Under the pieces are notes generated by a model. It saw nothing but the letters and a program-made list of their open reading frames with translations. It ran no database searches and had not been told where the DNA came from. Positions 59,966 through 64,000 of a DNA stretch of 64,000 bases are shown piece after piece. Source of the DNA: Bifidobacterium breve. Lineage in GTDB: Bacteria > Myxococcota_A > UBA796 > SXON01. The stretch's first letter is position 1; every line of letters begins with the position of its first letter. A program made the translations under genes and the position numbers. Where the stretch lies: contig CALQBK020000001.1 in NCBI GenBank assembly GCA_943328795.2, forward strand, positions 17,200 through 81,199, in the 5' to 3' direction.

Positions 59966-60700
59966 CTAAGGGTGCCAGGACGGCTTGGTCATCCCCGGGA
60001 TCTTGTCGAACCCGAACGGGTCCCCGCCGGGCGTAGGCTCGAGGGTGGCCGGCCCGCGCGCGCCCTCCTTGTCAGTGGCGCCGGGCACGTCGTAGCGCTC
60101 GGACACGGCGATGTAGTCGCCGCCCGCCTTCAGGATCGACACGTGGACCGAGAGGTTCGTGAAGCGCCAGTCGGCCGACCAGTGGGCCATCGCGCCGCCG
60201 AACCGCGCGGGGTCCGGCGCCCCCCCCGAGCGGACCGGCGCGCCGAACGTCGTCGTGAGCGACGCGAGCGCGGTGGTGTAGTCCGCGGTGGCGTCCGCCG
60301 GCAGGCTGAACCGCCGCGTGACGGTGAGGTGGGTCAAGGGCGCGTCATCGCCGCGCGCGAGCAGCACCTCGTAGAGCTGGCCGCCGCCGAGCACGGGGTG
60401 TTCGGGCAAGCTCGACGCGTTGAGCCCGTCGCCCGGGGCGCACACGTACCGCAACGTGGCACGGCGAGGGGACGCGACCGGCGGGCAAACGAGCTTGTGG
60501 TCGGCCAACCACGCGTCGATGCCGGCGGGATCGGTCACGCCGACGTCGAGGCCGTACACCGTGGTCGTGGGGGCCGGGGCAGTCGGCGCGTTGGCCGCAG
60601 CCGGCGCGGCCGCCGGGGGTGGCGTCGCTGCGGGCGGCGTGCTTTGGCCGCAGCCGTTGCAGGCGACGAGCAGCGTGAGCGGGAGCAGGGCGATTCGCAT
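59966..60700 (-). CDS. Lipoprotein, hypothetical (244 aa)
   Basis: Lipobox [15 protein letters not shown] Pro/Ala-rich linker is followed by a globular domain. It ends 13 nt before the next gene. Confidence 0.75.
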   Translation of the reverse strand: MRIALLPLTLLVACNGCGQSTPPAATPPPAAAPAAANAPTAPAPTTTVYGLDVGVTDPAGIDAWLADHKLVCPPVASPRRATLRYVCAPGDGLNASSLPEHPVLGGGQLYEVLLARGDDAPLTHLTVTRRFSLPADATADYTTALASLTTTFGAPVRSGGAPDPARFGGAMAHWSADWRFTNLSVHVSILKAGGDYIAVSERYDVPGATDKEGARGPATLEPTPGGDPFGFDKIPGMTKPSWHP

Positions 60701-60720
60701 CGCGCGTCGTTAGCCCGGCG

Positions 60721-61680
60721 TCAATCGCGGCGCACTTCGAGCAGCGCGCGGAGCCGGGAGTCGGCGTCCTCGGTCTCGGCGGCCAGCGCCAGCAGGCGCT
60801 CTGAGTAGCCTGCGAGCTCGGTCTCAGCGGCCGCCAGGGCCATCCCCGCTTGCCCCGATCCGGCTGAGAGCCGGGTCGCCCGCTCCGACAGGGAGCGTCG
60901 GATGGCGGTCATCCGCAGGTCGCGGAGCACCTCGTCGGTGCGGAGCAGCGTCGCCTCGAGCTCAGAGCGCATCGCGTCGAGGGCCTCGCGCTGCCGGCGC
61001 TCGGTCTCGAGCACGTCGGTGAGCCGCGCCGTCTCGGCGTCCTCCACCGCCCGGCCCATCCGCTGGTTCACCCGCGCGATCTCCCGCCGGGTCCCCTCGA
61101 TCTCGGCGGCACGCGCCCGCAACCCGGCCTCTGCCAAGTCGATCTCGGCCAAGCGCGCGCGCAGGAGCGCGCAGTGCGGGATGTGCTCCACGATCGCGCC
61201 GTCCACCACCGTGACGAACGAGCGCTGCAACAGCCGGTGCACGAGGGTCGCCAGGCGCGCGGCGTCCTCGGACGGCCCCTCGGGCAGCGCGTCGTGCACC
61301 TGCCGCTGCGACAGCGGGTACAACAGCGGCCCGGCCGCGACAAAGCAGAAGAACCCGGAGACCCCCTGCCACAGCAGCAGGAGCGAGGTCGTCACCAGCG
61401 CAGCGACCAGCACCCCGAGGAACAGCGGCTCGCGGAGGAGCGCGAGCCCCTTCTCGTGCAGCGCCGGCCGGGGCTTGCCCCACGCGACGAGCGTAGTGCG
61501 GATCTCTTTTAGGAGCCGCCCCTCCTCGGTCTCGTCCCCGGCCTTCGCCATGCGCTCGAGGAGCCCGCTCCGCGCGAGCACCTCTACCCATTGCTGGCGG
61601 GGGGTGCGCTCGTTCAACCGGCCGAGAGCCTGGGCATCGAGGACGATCAGCGTCGAAGGGAGGTCCTGGCGGTCCGTCAA
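60721..61680 (-). CDS. Membrane protein with central TM hairpin and C-terminal coiled coil (319 aa)
   Basis: The TTG at 61680 overlaps the kinase stop (TTGA); an alternative GTG lies 9 nt upstream. TM hairpin [36 protein letters not shown]. The Glu/Arg/Ala-rich C-terminal 150 aa are coiled-coil-like. Confidence 0.65.
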   Translation of the reverse strand: MTDRQDLPSTLIVLDAQALGRLNERTPRQQWVEVLARSGLLERMAKAGDETEEGRLLKEIRTTLVAWGKPRPALHEKGLALLREPLFLGVLVAALVTTSLLLLWQGVSGFFCFVAAGPLLYPLSQRQVHDALPEGPSEDAARLATLVHRLLQRSFVTVVDGAIVEHIPHCALLRARLAEIDLAEAGLRARAAEIEGTRREIARVNQRMGRAVEDAETARLTDVLETERRQREALDAMRSELEATLLRTDEVLRDLRMTAIRRSLSERATRLSAGSGQAGMALAAAETELAGYSERLLALAAETEDADSRLRALLEVRRD

Positions 61681-63917
61681 CGCGCGCACCGGACGCCGGT
61701 GACGCTGTTCACCGCGCTGCGCGGGGGGGGGGTGGCCGACACGGTGCCGTCCGACCGGCGCCAAGCGGGCCCTCCGCCGGACTGCCGGTACTCGTGCCAC
61801 GGCTGGGTGTTCGACTCCTGCCAGCCGAGCGGCTCGGCGTCGACGCTCGCGAGCCCACCGCGCCCCTTGCAGTAGGCTTGCCCGGCGGCCCACGACACGG
61901 CGACCAACGCGCGGTCACCCCGGCCCGCCGGCGGATCTGCCCCAGTCCAGCCCTTCAGGTAGCCCTCGTCTGCCTCCCCAGCGGCCACTGCGGCGTCGTG
62001 CGTCCACTCCGGGTGGGACGCCAGCCAAGCCGCGAAGCTCGCGTTGGTGACTGCGTGTGCCGCCGATGTGCCGCCGGGCGTCTCTCCCGTCGTCGCGGGC
62101 TCCACGGGCTTCACGACGGCCGCTACGGGTGGGGGCTGGAGGACCGGCGCCGTGCTGTCCGTGACGGGGCGCGTCGGCACGGCCACGACGTTGGCCGGGG
62201 CCTCGACGGGCACCGTGAGTGGCCCGACGCCCCACGGGACGATCACGGTGAGCGTCCGGCCATCCGCGACCGTCGCCACGTAGCTGCCGGGCAACAACGC
62301 GGGGAACTGGCGTCCCGCTGGGGTCTGCTCGGCGTCTGTGCCCGCGATCCGCACCGCCGCACTGAGGCCAGACAGCAGCACCGCCCGCGGCTCGGGCGAA
62401 GGGAGGGTCACGACCTCGGCCTGCTCGCCCGGGCCCGCTTTCACGTCCACGGGCGTCGACACCTCGCGGCACCAGCTCGCGGCCGGGGCTCCGCAATTGC
62501 CCCCGACGGTGGAGCGCAGCGTGTGCGGGCCGATCGGCTGCGGGCCGGCCGACCAGCGGCCTTGCACGCCAACGAGCGGCGCGCCGTCGAGCGACAGGGC
62601 GACCGGCACCCCGGCGGTCACGCCCGAGACCATGAACGTGACCGTGCGTGGCTCCGGGGTGGCCGAGATGGGCGAGGGCGTGTCCGGGTGCGTCCACGCC
62701 CACGTCGCGGCCAGCACGACCCCGGCGAGGGTGGCTCCCGCGAGCGCGACCGCGGCGATCAGCGCGGGCCCGCGGCCCTTGGCGGGGGGCGCGGACGGCT
62801 GGGCGGGCGGGGGCTCGACGGGCCGGCCCCTGGGCCGAACGGTCGAGGTCTCGTCGAAGGTCGGCTCGGCGCGCCGGGCGGAGCTCCCGAGCGTGGAGGG
62901 CGACTCCCGGGAGGCGACGGCGAGCAAGGGCGCCGCGACGGCGTCATGCGCGCGCCCACCGACGGCGCTCGGCGGCGAGCGGTGCCCGCGCGCGGGCTCC
63001 AACACGTGCTCGTCGCCCGGGACCATCGTGGTGGAGGGCGCGCGTTCAGGCGGGTCGAGGAACAAGTGGGTTGGGTCCACCGTCCGCAGGTCCAGCGCCC
63101 GCACCCGGCTCAAGAGCACCTCTGCGGTGGCCACGCGGCGCTGTGGGTTGGGCTGCGTGAGGTCCCGCACGAGGGCCCTGAGCGCGACCGGGAAGTGCAC
63201 CCCTGGGTCCAACGGCGCCGAGCCCTGCTTGTGTGCGACGGTCTGGAGGAAGCGCTGGCTCGCCGACCCCTCGGTCGGCATCGGGAACGCGACCTCGCCC
63301 GTCAATGACTCCCAGGTGCTCACGCCGAGGCCGTACAAGTCCCAGCGCGCGGGGTCGAGCTTGCCCGGCTGCGCCCACTCGGGCGGCACGTAGCTGGCCG
63401 AGCCCATCGCCTGGCCGTGCTCCGAGATCGTGGCCCCGTCGAGCTCCGTCGCGATCCCGAAGTCCACCAGCTTGCACCGCCCGTCGGCCGTGCAGACGAT
63501 GTTGGACGGCTTCACGTCCCGGTGCCGGATGTTCCGCGCGTGCAGGTAGGCGAGCGCGTCCGCCATGTCGCGCAGCACCGTGACAGCCTCGTCGAGCGGG
63601 ATCGGGCCGTGCTCCAAGCGGGACTCGAGGCTCTTCCCGTCGACGAACTCCATCTCCAGGTACGGAGGGTCGACGTCGATGCGGACGTTCCGGACCTTCA
63701 CGATGTTCGGGTGGTCGAGCGCGAACAGGATCTCGGCTTCCCGGATGAAGCGCGCTTGGATCTTCGGGATCCGGTTCAACGACCCGTCGAGCACCTTGAC
63801 GGCCGCCAGGATCCGGCGCGCGGACCGGTTGTGGCAGCGGTACACGCTCCCCATCCCGCCCTGCCCCAGGGGGGCTTCGACGACCCAGATGTCGATCTCG
63901 TCGCCTTCGCGGTACAC
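61677..63917 (-). CDS. Transmembrane Ser/Thr protein kinase with extracytoplasmic beta-sandwich repeats and C-terminal FGE/SUMF1-like domain
   Basis: Active-kinase motifs GQGGMGSVY, AAVKVL, HRDVKPSNIV, DFGIA and YVPPE. One TM helix (ALIAAVALAGATLAGVVLAATWAW). The C-terminal region AVTNASFAAWL...ALVAVSWAAGQAYCKGRGG...GVRCAR resembles a short formylglycine-generating-enzyme fold. Confidence 0.88.
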   Translation of the reverse strand: MYREGDEIDIWVVEAPLGQGGMGSVYRCHNRSARRILAAVKVLDGSLNRIPKIQARFIREAEILFALDHPNIVKVRNVRIDVDPPYLEMEFVDGKSLESRLEHGPIPLDEAVTVLRDMADALAYLHARNIRHRDVKPSNIVCTADGRCKLVDFGIATELDGATISEHGQAMGSASYVPPEWAQPGKLDPARWDLYGLGVSTWESLTGEVAFPMPTEGSASQRFLQTVAHKQGSAPLDPGVHFPVALRALVRDLTQPNPQRRVATAEVLLSRVRALDLRTVDPTHLFLDPPERAPSTTMVPGDEHVLEPARGHRSPPSAVGGRAHDAVAAPLLAVASRESPSTLGSSARRAEPTFDETSTVRPRGRPVEPPPAQPSAPPAKGRGPALIAAVALAGATLAGVVLAATWAWTHPDTPSPISATPEPRTVTFMVSGVTAGVPVALSLDGAPLVGVQGRWSAGPQPIGPHTLRSTVGGNCGAPAASWCREVSTPVDVKAGPGEQAEVVTLPSPEPRAVLLSGLSAAVRIAGTDAEQTPAGRQFPALLPGSYVATVADGRTLTVIVPWGVGPLTVPVEAPANVVAVPTRPVTDSTAPVLQPPPVAAVVKPVEPATTGETPGGTSAAHAVTNASFAAWLASHPEWTHDAAVAAGEADEGYLKGWTGADPPAGRGDRALVAVSWAAGQAYCKGRGGLASVDAEPLGWQESNTQPWHEYRQSGGGPAWRRSDGTVSATPPPRSAVNSVTGVRCAR

Positions 63918-63957
63918 CCCGGTGTAGTAATCCGATTCCTCGGGCTATGATCGGCCC

Positions 63958-64000
63958 ATGATCGAACCCAAGTCCGCTGTCGCGCGCGATCCCTCGCTCA
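63958..64000 (+). CDS. Possible 5' end of a CDS running off the window end
   Basis: The ATG at 63958 gives MIEPKSAVARDPSL.... It is divergent from the kinase gene. Only 14 codons are visible. Confidence 0.25.
   Translation, partial: MIEPKSAVARDPSL

Noticed and set aside
1-64000. Search for tRNA, rRNA, tmRNA or riboswitch genes, transposases, integrases, phage genes, toxin-antitoxin pairs or known defence-system signatures
   Set aside because: The longest non-coding gaps are about 95-175 nt (12205-12300, 14937-15031, 20094-20204, 22870-23016, 33154-33250, 35121-35293, 49171-49331). None shows cloverleaf or conserved riboswitch-like structure by eye. No ORF has recombinase, reverse transcriptase, Cas or nuclease motifs that I can recognise. 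Composition is uniform, so there is no evidence of a horizontally acquired island.

Overview
High-GC (about 70%) and densely coding window. It is most consistent with a myxobacterial (Myxococcota) chromosome: MYXO-CTERM-type sorting tails, several Hanks-type Ser/Thr kinases including a kinase-FGE fusion, MopE-like Cys/Asp repeats, and many lipoproteins with acidic linkers. I call about 54 CDSs. I found no rRNA, tRNA, CRISPR array, transposase or integrase. Because of the GC content, most long ORFs in the six-frame track are antisense or out-of-frame artefacts (Arg/Pro/Gly-rich). Real genes were picked by recognisable motifs, high GC3, signal peptides or lipoboxes, and 4-nt start/stop overlaps (ATGA, GTGA, TTGA) that define operons.

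Main blocks:
- 1-10.5 kb: the edge of an aryl-polyene/flexirubin-like lipid cluster. It has an MMPL exporter and a LolA-like protein, divergent from a PlsC-methyltransferase fusion, a KS, a truncated KS-like partner, a TonB_C-TBDR fusion, ManA and a beta-helix lipoprotein.
- 10.5-22.9 kb: tdk plus an unknown gene, an S8 protease with a lipoprotein, acyl-CoA dehydrogenase with a B12-binding domain and an AAA+ protein, an alpha/beta-hydrolase lipoprotein, and a B12 radical SAM enzyme.
- 23-29.2 kb: a 1504-aa surface protein (Pmp-like beta-helix, 13 MopE-like repeats, TSP3 repeats, MYXO-CTERM) followed 3 nt later by an OmpA/TSP3 protein.
- 29-41 kb: housekeeping and redox genes (ADH, IorAB-like, Dps, tandem DsbA/HCCA isomerase, GH73, SMC, PaaI).
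- 41-51.5 kb: an ECF sigma/anti-sigma/secreted-protein triad, a kinase-cNMP fusion, a helicase-GNAT-ClC operon, and a zinc-ribbon pseudokinase.
- 51.4-64 kb: an OmpA-like lipoprotein with a patatin, a PotD-like binding protein translationally coupled to an APC permease, and a five-gene operon running from a kinase-FGE fusion to a zinc-ribbon protein with a collagen-like G-X-Y tail.

All domain calls were made by eye from motifs. None has been verified by HMM or BLAST.
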